Shown piece after piece: positions 29,822 to 40,013 of a stretch of 64,000 bases of DNA. Origin of the DNA: Candidatus Heimdallarchaeota archaeon. Its GTDB lineage: Archaea > Asgardarchaeota > Heimdallarchaeia > Hodarchaeales > Hodarchaeaceae. Position 1 is the first letter of the stretch; the number at the start of each line of letters is the position of its first letter. The DNA is taken from positions 4,228,931-4,292,930 of the forward strand of contig CP070695.1 of NCBI GenBank assembly GCA_020353515.1. The letters are read 5' to 3'. A program made the translations under genes and the position numbers. The notes beneath the pieces were generated by a model. It was not told where the DNA came from and did no database searches. It saw nothing but the letters and a program-made list of their open reading frames with translations.

Positions 29822-31753
29822 CTACTCAAGATTATGTAAAAGCGCTGTTAAGCGCTTAACAGAGTCGGATAATCCTCCTGAACGATTTCTTCCTAACCAT
29901 ATCTTTTTGTGCTGCTCGATTAATTTTTGTAACGTTTTGTACAATTCAGTTCTCTTTTCTTCATGGATTTCATTCAAAGGCGCTTTGATACCAATCTCTA
30001 ATCTTGTTATCCCCAAATTACAAGCAAATTTCAAAACATTCGCAGCCCAAAGGAATTCTTGCTTTACTAATTCAGTATCCTCCCTTACAATATTCGCATT
30101 GTCTATTGATTTGATTATGTGACCAATATAGTTATATGTTTCTCGGAGGCTCTCAATCGTTATATTTTCAAGTGCCATATCAGAAAACTGATGCCCTGAG
30201 AATATTAGTATTAAAAAGAGCGATGAATTATTTGGAGGATTGAACTCAACTTTAGTATATGTATTCCCTAAATCATAAGCAAGCTTTCCCATAACTCCTG
30301 CAGAATCGTGAAATACATGGACATCAAGCAAATCAGAGATTAGGTTCTTTTTTTTTAATAATTCAGCATTATTGACATTCCATGCGATTCCTGAACCAAT
30401 TAGATACCCTAAATAACTGAAAGGCAATGGTTGAAGATGGCCATGATCACCCCAATCTGTAATAAGGTAACCAACGGCATTATTCTTTATTCCATTAACC
30501 CCTGCGTTATATAAATTGGCAAATGCATTATCAGTCCGTCCAGTAATGCTATTCCAGCTGCTAGTTCCAGGACATACATAATAAGACAGGCCTGTCTTGT
30601 TCATTTCTTTGGTTAGTATGTTAAAAGGATGTGATGCTTCGTACCCCCATATTAATGGAATTAATTCCTTTGGAATTTTTTGTATTAATTCTGGGTGTTG
30701 AAAAATAATATCCGCCCAGAATTGCATTTTTTTTCCTCTTTTTTTCACTAAATCATAGATTTTGAGGAGAAACTCTAGATAGATTGTAGATTTCCCTCTT
30801 TTATTGCACGCTTCTGCTGATTGGCCTTCTCCAAGATCAAACGTTTCATCAAGGCCAACATTAAAGGTATCACTGGAAAAATGAGGTAAAAGTTGATCAT
30901 AAAGATCCTCTAGTAAATCGATAACATGTGGATCAATTGGATTGAGAGAAAAAGGTTCTTTTACCGAACTAAATGGGTGATCATATCCTTCAGGACATTC
31001 TGCAAGTCCTCGATAAGGTTCATGAGACAACCAACGATGAAAATGACCAAAACTATTTTGATTCGGAATCAATTCAATATATCGATCTTTACAAAACTCA
31101 TCTAAGGCTAAAATTTCTTCTCCCGTGAAAGGACTGGCTTCTTTCCAAACAATTTCATGACCAGAATATGCAAATGTATGTTCCATGTAAAGTTGTAACT
31201 GATTGATCTTAAAATTTGAGAGTAGATCGACTAGATTAAATATGGTTTCCATGGTTGGGACTTTATCCCTACTTACATCTAGCATCACACCACGAGATGG
31301 AAAATCAGGCCAATCAAGAATTTCCAAACAAGGCAATTCTTGTTGATTCGACAAATCTAGAATTTGAGAAAAAGTGATCAGTCCGTAAAATAAACCTTGT
31401 TTATCGTGCCCATTTATCTGGATCTCTTTCTTATTTATTGTTATGTTATAACCTTCAGGATGTTCAAGTAATTCATTAATAAAAAGATTAAAGTAAATTA
31501 CATCCATTTTTGGAAGATTTGTCTTAGAAGCAGTAATCTTTGATTTAATTCCATGTTTACGTAACCTTTTCTGCAAATACTGAGCGTGAAAAAAGATATT
31601 AGTTGATTGATTGTTAATGACGATCCAGATTTCCTCAGGTAGGGATAAAGACCCATTTTTTACGGTTAGACGCTTAGGAAAAGGAAAAAGCAATTCTAAT
31701 TTTTCATTCATCTGAAATGTCTCCATAGCTTGAGATAGAAGGAAATACTTCAA
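29822..31753 (-). CDS. GH20 beta-N-acetylhexosaminidase (cytoplasmic)
   Basis: DWPDFPSRGVMLDVSR, PNQNSFGH, NVGLDET catalytic DE, TDWGD; start may be 31726 or 31711. Confidence 0.9.
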   Translation of the reverse strand: MKYFLLSQAMETFQMNEKLELLFPFPKRLTVKNGSLSLPEEIWIVINNQSTNIFFHAQYLQKRLRKHGIKSKITASKTNLPKMDVIYFNLFINELLEHPEGYNITINKKEIQINGHDKQGLFYGLITFSQILDLSNQQELPCLEILDWPDFPSRGVMLDVSRDKVPTMETIFNLVDLLSNFKINQLQLYMEHTFAYSGHEIVWKEASPFTGEEILALDEFCKDRYIELIPNQNSFGHFHRWLSHEPYRGLAECPEGYDHPFSSVKEPFSLNPIDPHVIDLLEDLYDQLLPHFSSDTFNVGLDETFDLGEGQSAEACNKRGKSTIYLEFLLKIYDLVKKRGKKMQFWADIIFQHPELIQKIPKELIPLIWGYEASHPFNILTKEMNKTGLSYYVCPGTSSWNSITGRTDNAFANLYNAGVNGIKNNAVGYLITDWGDHGHLQPLPFSYLGYLIGSGIAWNVNNAELLKKKNLISDLLDVHVFHDSAGVMGKLAYDLGNTYTKVEFNPPNNSSLFLILIFSGHQFSDMALENITIESLRETYNYIGHIIKSIDNANIVREDTELVKQEFLWAANVLKFACNLGITRLEIGIKAPLNEIHEEKRTELYKTLQKLIEQHKKIWLGRNRSGGLSDSVKRLTALLHNLE

Positions 31754-32001
31754 AATTTCATCTATTTTTGGATGCTTTGCGTTGCAATCCTCCTTTTTCT
31801 TACCTCAATATTAAGTATGATTCCTATTAGAAAAAATAAGTTTGAAAGAAAAATTGTAATAAAAGATCTCGTGAACCCATATCTATCATACAGATCATTA
31901 GTGAAAGAGTCGTTTTTTTAAAAAAAGAAGATCATTGATGTCAAAAAAAATAAAAACCTAATAGTCTTTTTGCTAAGAAAATACCAATCACCACCTCAAG
32001 G

Positions 32002-33429
32002 ATGAATATAATGAAAAGGATTTTACATTTGACATTTTTCTTAATATTTCCAGCAATTATCATTCTCTCACAAATCGATGTCACTCACGCACAAACATTG
32101 AGCTATAATTCACCACCCAAATCCTCACTGAATGAAAAATTAACTACGATGGATTTCCATGGGTTGTGTTATGGGGCTTTTCGCTATTTAGGTCCACCAG
32201 TAGAATTTATCCGTTCAGTAAACGTAGAAGAGGATCTTGAAATATTGAAACAATTAAATGTTACAGATATCAGGACATATGGGTTGAATTATAGACAAAA
32301 CGACATCCCTATAATAGCAAACGAGAAGGGAATAAACTGCGCAACAGGAATCTGGCTAGAACCTAATACTAGCATAAATAATCACTATCTGAATGAATAT
32401 GAAATTTCTTTGGCTCTAGATGTTGCTAATATCTCTTCAGTCTTAATTGCAGGGAATGAATTCCTCCTCCGAAATTATCCTACAATTCCAGTTTCCCAAC
32501 TTATTGATTATATATCTAAAGTCCAAAATCAGACTACCACACCAGTTACCACAGCAGAACCTTGGCATATTTGGGATCAACATCCTAAGCTAGTAAATGC
32601 ATGTGATGTATTATTTGTGCACGTATATAGCTATTGGGAGGGAAAACCTTCTCCAACTTATGGGAAGATAGCAGCAGAATATACAGTAGAGAAAATTGAG
32701 TATCTTCAAAATAAATACCCATATAAAGAAATATACTTAGCAGAGGCAGGTTGGCCCTCGGGACCAAAGGAATATGATCCTGATAGATATTCAGAACCAG
32801 TCCAAAAGAAATTTTTTGATGATCTGTTTCCTATGCTTAACGAAAAAGGGATAAAAAGTTATCTTTTTGAAGCATTTGATGAAAAATGGAAAGAAAATCA
32901 GGAACCTGGAGTTGGCCCTAATTGGGGAATCTTTAGAGAGGATAGAACACCTAAACCTGCAGCAGAGGTGTTAGTGAAATATTTCGGTGGCAGTGTAGAT
33001 TGGGCACCAACGATTAATTCTCCCAAAGATAACGTTGTTATTAAAAATGAAGTCGTGAATATTTCTTGGACAATCCTTGATATTGATACTACTTCTGGAA
33101 CTTATACAGTTTATGTAAACGGGGCCATTTCAGGACAACAGGATGATATCTGGGACAATGGTACTTCAATTAACATTAATGTCGATAGTGGAACTACAGG
33201 TTCATTTAATTACACAATTGTCTTCACCGATGGTATTGCCAGTGGGCAAGATACAGTCATTGTTACTATCAATGCGCCAGCTACATCTACCTCTTCTTCT
33301 TCTACCACTACTACTAGTACTACTACTTCCGTACCATCACCAGGTTTTGATATTTTGATGTGGATCTTCTCATTGTTTGTATTTTTTGGAGTTCATCGGT
33401 TTACTTCAAAAAAGAACAGGTCTAAGTAA
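32002..33429 (+). CDS. GH17 beta-1,3-glucanase, secreted, with Ig-like domain and PGF-CTERM
   Basis: IRTYG, AGNE, VTTAEPW, AEAGWPS, FEAFDEKWK; Ser/Thr linker; PSPGFDIL-TM-basic tail. Confidence 0.88.
   Translation: MNIMKRILHLTFFLIFPAIIILSQIDVTHAQTLSYNSPPKSSLNEKLTTMDFHGLCYGAFRYLGPPVEFIRSVNVEEDLEILKQLNVTDIRTYGLNYRQNDIPIIANEKGINCATGIWLEPNTSINNHYLNEYEISLALDVANISSVLIAGNEFLLRNYPTIPVSQLIDYISKVQNQTTTPVTTAEPWHIWDQHPKLVNACDVLFVHVYSYWEGKPSPTYGKIAAEYTVEKIEYLQNKYPYKEIYLAEAGWPSGPKEYDPDRYSEPVQKKFFDDLFPMLNEKGIKSYLFEAFDEKWKENQEPGVGPNWGIFREDRTPKPAAEVLVKYFGGSVDWAPTINSPKDNVVIKNEVVNISWTILDIDTTSGTYTVYVNGAISGQQDDIWDNGTSININVDSGTTGSFNYTIVFTDGIASGQDTVIVTINAPATSTSSSSTTTTSTTTSVPSPGFDILMWIFSLFVFFGVHRFTSKKNRSK
33281..33330 (+). 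repeat. Low-complexity TCT/ACT repeat encoding Ser/Thr linker
   Basis: Encodes ATSTSSSSTTTTSTTTS before the sorting signal. Confidence 0.7.
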
Positions 33430-33432
33430 AGA

Positions 33433-34602
33433 ATGCATCCGTTATCGAAATTCTGGTTGATTATATGTTTCATTGTTATATTTTCCCAAATTAATTCCGT
33501 TATTTTTACAGAATCAACAGAAGAAAATGAGAAAAGACATCCATGGGAATTAATTTCAAGATTAGGAAAACTAATAGACTTCAAAGGATTTGGGTATAGT
33601 CCATTTCGTGATTCAGGACCAATTGGGGGAGAGCTCGCATCTGAATCCCTTGTTCGCGAGGATTTTACAATACTGAAGCAATTAAATGTAACTAATATCA
33701 GAACTTATGGTGTAGGACTGAACCAAATCATTATTCCAAAAATCGCTCATGAATATGGAATTTCTTGTGCAACAGGAGTGTGGATCGGAACAGATGATAA
33801 TGCCAATATCAAAGAAATTGAAGAAGGACTTTCAGTAGCCAATATTTCAACAATGTTAATCATTGGAAATGAGGTGTTATTTAAAGGTGATTTAACTGAT
33901 GCTGAATTAATAGATTATATTAAATATACTAAAAACCAGACATCAATTCCAGTGACAACAGCAGAGCCTTGGTATACTTGGTTAGATCATCCCAATTTAG
34001 CAAATGTAAGTGATGTACTCCTGATACATATCCATCCTTTCTGGGAATCACCAGTTTTCATTGATGAACCTTTAGGGCCAAAAATTCTTGTAAACTATAC
34101 TATATCTATATTTAACCGAGTTCAAGAAAAGTTTCCTAACAAGGAAATAATAATTGCAGAAACAGGGTGGCCAAGTGCAGGCCGACAGGATTGTAGTGAA
34201 GAGACTCAAAGACAATATTTTGAATCATTGTTCCCTTTACTTCATGAAAACAATATCAAATGTTATGCCTTTGAAGCATTTGACGAAATATGGAAAAAAG
34301 AACTGTGGCAAGGTAACCAGAGCTTTGATGTTGGACCTCACTGGGGTGTTTTTAATCTCAACCGGACTGGAAAACTCTCTATGAGGGTTTTTACTGAATG
34401 GTTTGGCGGGGAGTATAAAATTACAACAGTACTTCCCTATACAACTTCTCAAGTGAACCAAGATGCCACTAATACTTCTGATACACAGCTCAGTAGCACA
34501 ACAAAAACCAGTGTTTATCAGAGTAAAGGATTTGAGATATTTTGGGTGATTTTAGTTATTAAATCAACAATATATATTAAAAAAAGGAGAATTAAAGGGT
34601 GA
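33433..34602 (+). CDS. GH17 beta-1,3-glucanase paralog, secreted, with variant C-terminal anchor
   Basis: GYSPFR, IGNE, VTTAEPW, AETGWPS, FEAFDE; C-terminus SKGFEIFW-hydrophobic-KKRRIKG. Confidence 0.88.
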   Translation: MHPLSKFWLIICFIVIFSQINSVIFTESTEENEKRHPWELISRLGKLIDFKGFGYSPFRDSGPIGGELASESLVREDFTILKQLNVTNIRTYGVGLNQIIIPKIAHEYGISCATGVWIGTDDNANIKEIEEGLSVANISTMLIIGNEVLFKGDLTDAELIDYIKYTKNQTSIPVTTAEPWYTWLDHPNLANVSDVLLIHIHPFWESPVFIDEPLGPKILVNYTISIFNRVQEKFPNKEIIIAETGWPSAGRQDCSEETQRQYFESLFPLLHENNIKCYAFEAFDEIWKKELWQGNQSFDVGPHWGVFNLNRTGKLSMRVFTEWFGGEYKITTVLPYTTSQVNQDATNTSDTQLSSTTKTSVYQSKGFEIFWVILVIKSTIYIKKRRIKG

Positions 34603-34641
34603 ATCATTGAATGAGTAACAATGTATGTGGTTAGTAATTAG

Positions 34642-37008
34642 GTGAGTAGCTTGAATTATGGTAATTTTTCTTCAGATGGTAAAGAATATATTATCACTAG
34701 ACCCGATACACCTACTCCTTGGATAAATTATTTAAGTAATAGTAATTATTGCGCAATGATTTCTAATACTGGTGGAGGTTATAGCTTCCACGTTGATCCA
34801 AGAGATAGGAGAATACTCCGTTATAGGTATAATAATGTTCCCATGGATAGACCTGGACGATATTTATACATTCGAGACAATCACACTTCAGAATATTGGT
34901 CCCCAACATGGCAACCAGTGCTAAAAAACCTTGATGAGTATAAATGTAGACACGGATTAGGATATACAATAATAGAATCCTTATATCAAGGAATCAAAGC
35001 AAAAATAACCTATTTTGTTCCTCTAGATAACGATTTAGAAGTATGGATATTCACTTTGAAAAATACTATAACAAAGCAAAAAGAAATTAGTGTTTTTTCT
35101 TATGCAGAATTTTGTTTATGGAGAGCTTTAGGCGATCAGAATGATTTACAATATATACAAAACGTGGCATTAACAAGCTTTGCTAATAACACAATTTATT
35201 ATTCCCTCTTTGACCGTAGCACCCGCTATGCCTTTTTTTCGTCTAGTCATCAAATAAATAGCTATGATTGCGACCGTGAAGCATTTATTGGCCCCTATCA
35301 TTCTGAATCGAATCCGATACGAGTCGAAAAAGGGAAGTGCTCCAATTCACAGGCACTTGGAGGTAACCCAGTTGCAGTGACCTGTACAGATGTAATACTC
35401 GATCCTGAGGAAGAAAAGATAATTATTTATGTTCTAGGAGTCATAGATGAAAAAAATAATAGTAAAGGGTTAATCCAAAAGTATACTGACCAGAAAGAGG
35501 TAAAATTAGAACTTCAAAAGCTTAGTACATCTTGGGATGCGTATTTAGATGCTTTTAAAATAAATACACCAGATAAGAACTTTAATTTAGTGTTGAATGT
35601 ATGGAATCCCTACCAATGTAGAACTACATTTGACTGGTCGAGATATGTGTCTTTTTATGAAACAGGTATTGGGAGAGGTATGGGATTTAGGGATAGTAGC
35701 CAAGATGCAATGGCGATTGGCTATGTCTATCCAAAAAGAGTCCGCCAGCGATTATTAGACTTAGCTCAAAACCAATTTGAAGAGGGGAAAGTCTATCATG
35801 TGTTTTTTCCACTTTCAGGTAAAGGAACATTCCCTGAATACGCTAACAAAGAACGTTTATTCTTTAGTGATGACCATCTCTGGATGATTTTAGCGGTTTC
35901 AGATTATCTTAAAGAAACAGGAGACATGTCTATTTTAGATGAAAATGTCAAATTCGTTGAAGGATCTGATGGATCTCTTTATGACCATCTTAAACGGGCA
36001 ATAGAATTCACTAAAAACAATCTAGGCAATCATAAACTCCCTCTCATCGGTACTGCAGACTGGAATGACACAATGAGCCTTCCTGGGCCAAATAATGCAA
36101 GTGAAAGTGTCTGGGTAGGTATGCAGTTCCATAAAGCTCTTTTATCACTTGTAGAAATTGCTGAGAAGTACGATCATAGTAATGATGCCATATCGTACAG
36201 AAAAATCGCTCACAGCATGAAAGAACACATAAACAGTACCACATGGGACGGAGATTGGTATATAAGAGCATTCACAGATAATGGAGAACCTATTGGCAGT
36301 AAAATCTGTGATGAAGGCAAAATTTTCCTTAATACGCAAACTTGGGCTATCATTAGTGAAATTGCCCCAAAGGATCGTGCATACCATTGTATGGATGAAG
36401 TAAGGAAATTCCTGAATACAGAGTACGGATTATTGCTTTTCGATCCTCCTTATACTAAGTTTAACCCAGAATTAGGAGGAATTACTACTTTCCCGCCAAG
36501 TTTAAAGGAGAATGCGAGTATTTTTTGTCATACAAACCCATGGGCTGTTATAGCGGAATGTATGCTTGGACGGGGTGACCTCGCCTTCGAATATTGGGAA
36601 AAAATCGCTCCTACAACAAAAAATATGATGTCAAAAATACATTATACAGAACCCTATATTTATTCCCAGATGATTACTGGTAGAGATCATCCAAAATTTG
36701 GTATGGCAAAAAATTCTTGGCTCACAGGCACAGCAGCTTGGTCACTTAAAGCTGCTACTGAATGGATTCTTGGAATTAGACCTACATTTGATGCGTTGAT
36801 TGTAGATCCATGTATTCCAAAAGCATGGGAAAAATTTCAGATTATCAGATGGTTTAGGGGAGCACTTTACAATATAGAAGTTGATAACTCTAAAAGCTTA
36901 TCAAAAGGAGTAAAAGAATTGAGAGTAGATTCTAAAATCGTGGAAGACCAGTTAGTACCTATTTACAACGATAATAAAACTCATCATGTAAATGTACTTC
37001 TTGGATGA
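34642..37008 (+). CDS. GH94 glycoside phosphorylase (specificity uncertain)
   Basis: PTPWINY, GRGMGFRD, FSDDHLW, ADWND, KENASIFCH, NSWLTGTA. Confidence 0.9.
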   Translation: MSSLNYGNFSSDGKEYIITRPDTPTPWINYLSNSNYCAMISNTGGGYSFHVDPRDRRILRYRYNNVPMDRPGRYLYIRDNHTSEYWSPTWQPVLKNLDEYKCRHGLGYTIIESLYQGIKAKITYFVPLDNDLEVWIFTLKNTITKQKEISVFSYAEFCLWRALGDQNDLQYIQNVALTSFANNTIYYSLFDRSTRYAFFSSSHQINSYDCDREAFIGPYHSESNPIRVEKGKCSNSQALGGNPVAVTCTDVILDPEEEKIIIYVLGVIDEKNNSKGLIQKYTDQKEVKLELQKLSTSWDAYLDAFKINTPDKNFNLVLNVWNPYQCRTTFDWSRYVSFYETGIGRGMGFRDSSQDAMAIGYVYPKRVRQRLLDLAQNQFEEGKVYHVFFPLSGKGTFPEYANKERLFFSDDHLWMILAVSDYLKETGDMSILDENVKFVEGSDGSLYDHLKRAIEFTKNNLGNHKLPLIGTADWNDTMSLPGPNNASESVWVGMQFHKALLSLVEIAEKYDHSNDAISYRKIAHSMKEHINSTTWDGDWYIRAFTDNGEPIGSKICDEGKIFLNTQTWAIISEIAPKDRAYHCMDEVRKFLNTEYGLLLFDPPYTKFNPELGGITTFPPSLKENASIFCHTNPWAVIAECMLGRGDLAFEYWEKIAPTTKNMMSKIHYTEPYIYSQMITGRDHPKFGMAKNSWLTGTAAWSLKAATEWILGIRPTFDALIVDPCIPKAWEKFQIIRWFRGALYNIEVDNSKSLSKGVKELRVDSKIVEDQLVPIYNDNKTHHVNVLLG

Positions 37009-37047
37009 GAGTAAGAAAGAAAAAGTAAGTTTTCTATTTTTCAATCA

Positions 37048-38178
37048 TTAATACGATTTTCCGCCCCTGATAATCCAGTAAATAATTGCTAGGACCATTA
37101 CTCCAATAAATGATAAAGGTAATATGGGTATTGGCGCTATTGGAGTACCAAAAGCTAATATTTCTAACCCCTGCGTACCAAAAGCCACAAAAATAATAGA
37201 ATCATTAACATATACTTCTGAGGCCAACCCAACAATACCTGTTTCTTCATAAAATTGTCCTATTTCAATGGGAGAAGTGGGATCAGTTATATCATAGACT
37301 TCTAAACCATCAACATTATCTGCGACAAAAGCTCTATTTTCGCTCACGAAAACACTCAGTGCTAAACCACTATCATCATAAAATCCACCAATTTCAATAG
37401 GATTAGTAAGATCAGAAACATCAAGAATCTCTAAACCATCATCATGATCAGCCACGTATAAATAGGAGCCACTAAGATATAACCCTCGGGCCTTACCACC
37501 ATCAAAATGATGACCAATTCGTGTTATATTGGACAAGTTACTAAGGTCGAGGATTTCAACACCATCCTCGCCATCAGCAACAAAAGCATATGAATCATTC
37601 ACTACGATACCACTCGCACGACCCTTTTCATCATAATATTCCCCAACTTTTGTCAGATTCATTGGATCAGTAAGGTTTAAAACCTTCACACCAAATTCTC
37701 CGTCAGCAAGATACCCATAGGAACCGTCAATAAATATATCTAAAGTGTTACTCTTTTCAATTTCCTGTACGAAAGGAAATGTTTGTATTTCTTTTTCAAT
37801 ATAATGACTAATGTTGGATGGGGATCTTTGATTAGTTAAATTGATAGTTACCATTCCATCAAAGCCATTCGCTAAAAAAGCATAAGAACCATTGACATAC
37901 ACATCTTTAGGTTCTCCTGTATGAGGATTGAATTTACTAATAAGTGTACAGTTTTCTTTATTTGTCATGTTCACAATTTCTATACCTTGTTCCCCATCAA
38001 CAATATAGCCAATATCTCCACTTATATAGATTCCAAGAGCTCTTCCTCCGTCATCAAATTTTCCTATTCGCAGAATATTAAAATTCTTCTTATCTGCAGT
38101 GACAAAATGGATTTGAACCATTCCTAGAAGTAGAATCCCAATAATCAATGAAAAGTTAATTAATTTTCGTTTTTTCAC
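37048..38178 (-). CDS. LVIVD-repeat beta-propeller surface protein
   Basis: Seven repeats of YAFVADGxxGLEILD type; signal peptide; C-terminal Pro-rich segment and TM. Confidence 0.85.
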   Translation of the reverse strand: MKKRKLINFSLIIGILLLGMVQIHFVTADKKNFNILRIGKFDDGGRALGIYISGDIGYIVDGEQGIEIVNMTNKENCTLISKFNPHTGEPKDVYVNGSYAFLANGFDGMVTINLTNQRSPSNISHYIEKEIQTFPFVQEIEKSNTLDIFIDGSYGYLADGEFGVKVLNLTDPMNLTKVGEYYDEKGRASGIVVNDSYAFVADGEDGVEILDLSNLSNITRIGHHFDGGKARGLYLSGSYLYVADHDDGLEILDVSDLTNPIEIGGFYDDSGLALSVFVSENRAFVADNVDGLEVYDITDPTSPIEIGQFYEETGIVGLASEVYVNDSIIFVAFGTQGLEILAFGTPIAPIPILPLSFIGVMVLAIIYWIIRGGKSY

Positions 38179-38215
38179 ATTTAAAACGCTCTATTTTATC
38201 TTCTTGCAGTATTGA

Positions 38216-39013
38216 TTACAATTCCCATCTAGAATAAAGATCTGGAACACTTTCTAGTAAATCACGGGTATAAGAATGTTGGGGATTACCAAAAACTGAT
38301 TCAGTTAATCCTTTTTCAACAATTTCACCATCTTTCATTACACAAACCTTGCTAGAAATATATTGTGCTTGAGCAATGTCATGAGTAATAAACAACACTG
38401 AAAAATTCTCTCTCTTCCGAAGTTCTTCAATTAGGTTTAGAATCCCAGCTCGGGAGGAAGCGTCAATCATACTTGTTGGTTCATCAGCAATTAACAGGAG
38501 AGGTTTGATAATTAGGACTCTTGCCAGCAAAAATCTTTGAAGCTGTCCTCCGCTCAGTTGATGGGGATATCGTCCTAACACTTCATTAGCATTCAATCCA
38601 ATCTTTGATAGAGTTTCTATAATAATCTCTTTCTTTTCAGGGTCCGAGTAATGCCCTTCACGAAGGTTGAAAGCATTATAGAGAACACGATCAATTTTAT
38701 AAACTAAATTGAAGGAAGCATATGGATCTTGAAACACAACCTGAACCTTTTTGTAGAAGTCAGTCCTTTTTTGGATTGAGAAGATATCTTCACCTTGGAG
38801 AAGTACTCGACCACTTGTCGGATATAGCAACTTTAATATTATATTTGCGGTTGTTGATTTTCCTGATCCACTCTCTCCAACTAATGAAACAACTTCTCCC
38901 TCATTGATGGCAAACGATGCTTCTTTTACAGCAGTGACGGTTATCACATTTATTAATCCTGATACGAAGATCTTTGTCAAATTCTCAACTTGTAATAGAG
39001 GTTGATTTGTCAT
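38216..39013 (-). CDS. Opp/Dpp-type ABC ATPase (OppF-like)
   Basis: GESGSGKST, FQDPY, YPHQLSGGQ, ADEPTS. Confidence 0.92.
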   Translation of the reverse strand: MTNQPLLQVENLTKIFVSGLINVITVTAVKEASFAINEGEVVSLVGESGSGKSTTANIILKLLYPTSGRVLLQGEDIFSIQKRTDFYKKVQVVFQDPYASFNLVYKIDRVLYNAFNLREGHYSDPEKKEIIIETLSKIGLNANEVLGRYPHQLSGGQLQRFLLARVLIIKPLLLIADEPTSMIDASSRAGILNLIEELRKRENFSVLFITHDIAQAQYISSKVCVMKDGEIVEKGLTESVFGNPQHSYTRDLLESVPDLYSRWEL

Positions 39014-39025
39014 AAAAGCCCACCA

Positions 39026-40009
39026 TTATTTCTTATAAAGCCAGCATTTTACATTATGGTCTTTCTTATGTGGAGGTATGATCATTGGAGGTTCGTACTG
39101 TTTACAGTGTGTCATTGCTTCGGGACATCTCGGATGGAAACGACAACCAGAAGGAGGATTTCTTAAATCAGGTTGATTTCCAGGAATACTCTTAAGTTCC
39201 TTGGGTTTAGTACCATCAGGATTGAACGAAACAATAGATGACACAAGTCCTTCTGTATAAGGATGAAGTGGATCATTGATTATGTCATCCATTTTTCCAG
39301 TTTCAACTACAATTCCGCAATACATTATCAAGCATCGATCACATATTTGTCGTAATGACGCTATATCATGAGAAACGAATAAAATACTCTGAATAATTCC
39401 CTTCTGTTTCAAATCAAAAAGCATTTTAATCATTTGCTTTTGTGAAGTAACATCTAATGCTGAAGTGGGCTCATCAACTATCAATAAACTAGGATTCCAG
39501 AGAGTACTAATAGCTATAACTGCTCGTTGTTTCATTCCTCCCGATAATTCGTGAGGATAACGCTTTAGAGAATCTTCATCCAATCCTACACGAGTAAAAT
39601 GCTTTTTTGCAAGTTTGTATATTTCTTTTTTCGATTCTTTTTTTCCTGTACGCTCCCGTACAACATCCATTATGAAATCAATAATCCTTTTTACAGGATT
39701 CAAAGATTCCATTGATGCTTGGGGAACATATGACATGATCTTACATTTAACCTCTGTTCTTAGTAGTTCTTCATCCATCTGATAAATTTGATACTCATGT
39801 ACCTGAACTTTCCCTGACTCATAAAGTAGAAGTGGTCTTGGGGCACCGGAGATTAACTCTGCTAGTGTACTTTTCCCACATCCAGATTCACCCGCTAAGC
39901 CTAAAATTTCTCCCTCAACCATACTAAAGGTTACGCCATCAACCCCATAAACCTGGTAGGCACCTGTGTAATATCCTCTAAGATCCTCAACAATCAACAG
40001 TTCAGACAT
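39026..40009 (-). CDS. Opp/Dpp-type ABC ATPase (OppD-like)
   Basis: GESGCGKS, YPHELSGGM, HPYT, GCRFHPRC. Confidence 0.92.
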   Translation of the reverse strand: MSELLIVEDLRGYYTGAYQVYGVDGVTFSMVEGEILGLAGESGCGKSTLAELISGAPRPLLLYESGKVQVHEYQIYQMDEELLRTEVKCKIMSYVPQASMESLNPVKRIIDFIMDVVRERTGKKESKKEIYKLAKKHFTRVGLDEDSLKRYPHELSGGMKQRAVIAISTLWNPSLLIVDEPTSALDVTSQKQMIKMLFDLKQKGIIQSILFVSHDIASLRQICDRCLIMYCGIVVETGKMDDIINDPLHPYTEGLVSSIVSFNPDGTKPKELKSIPGNQPDLRNPPSGCRFHPRCPEAMTHCKQYEPPMIIPPHKKDHNVKCWLYKK

Positions 40010-40013
40010 AGTT

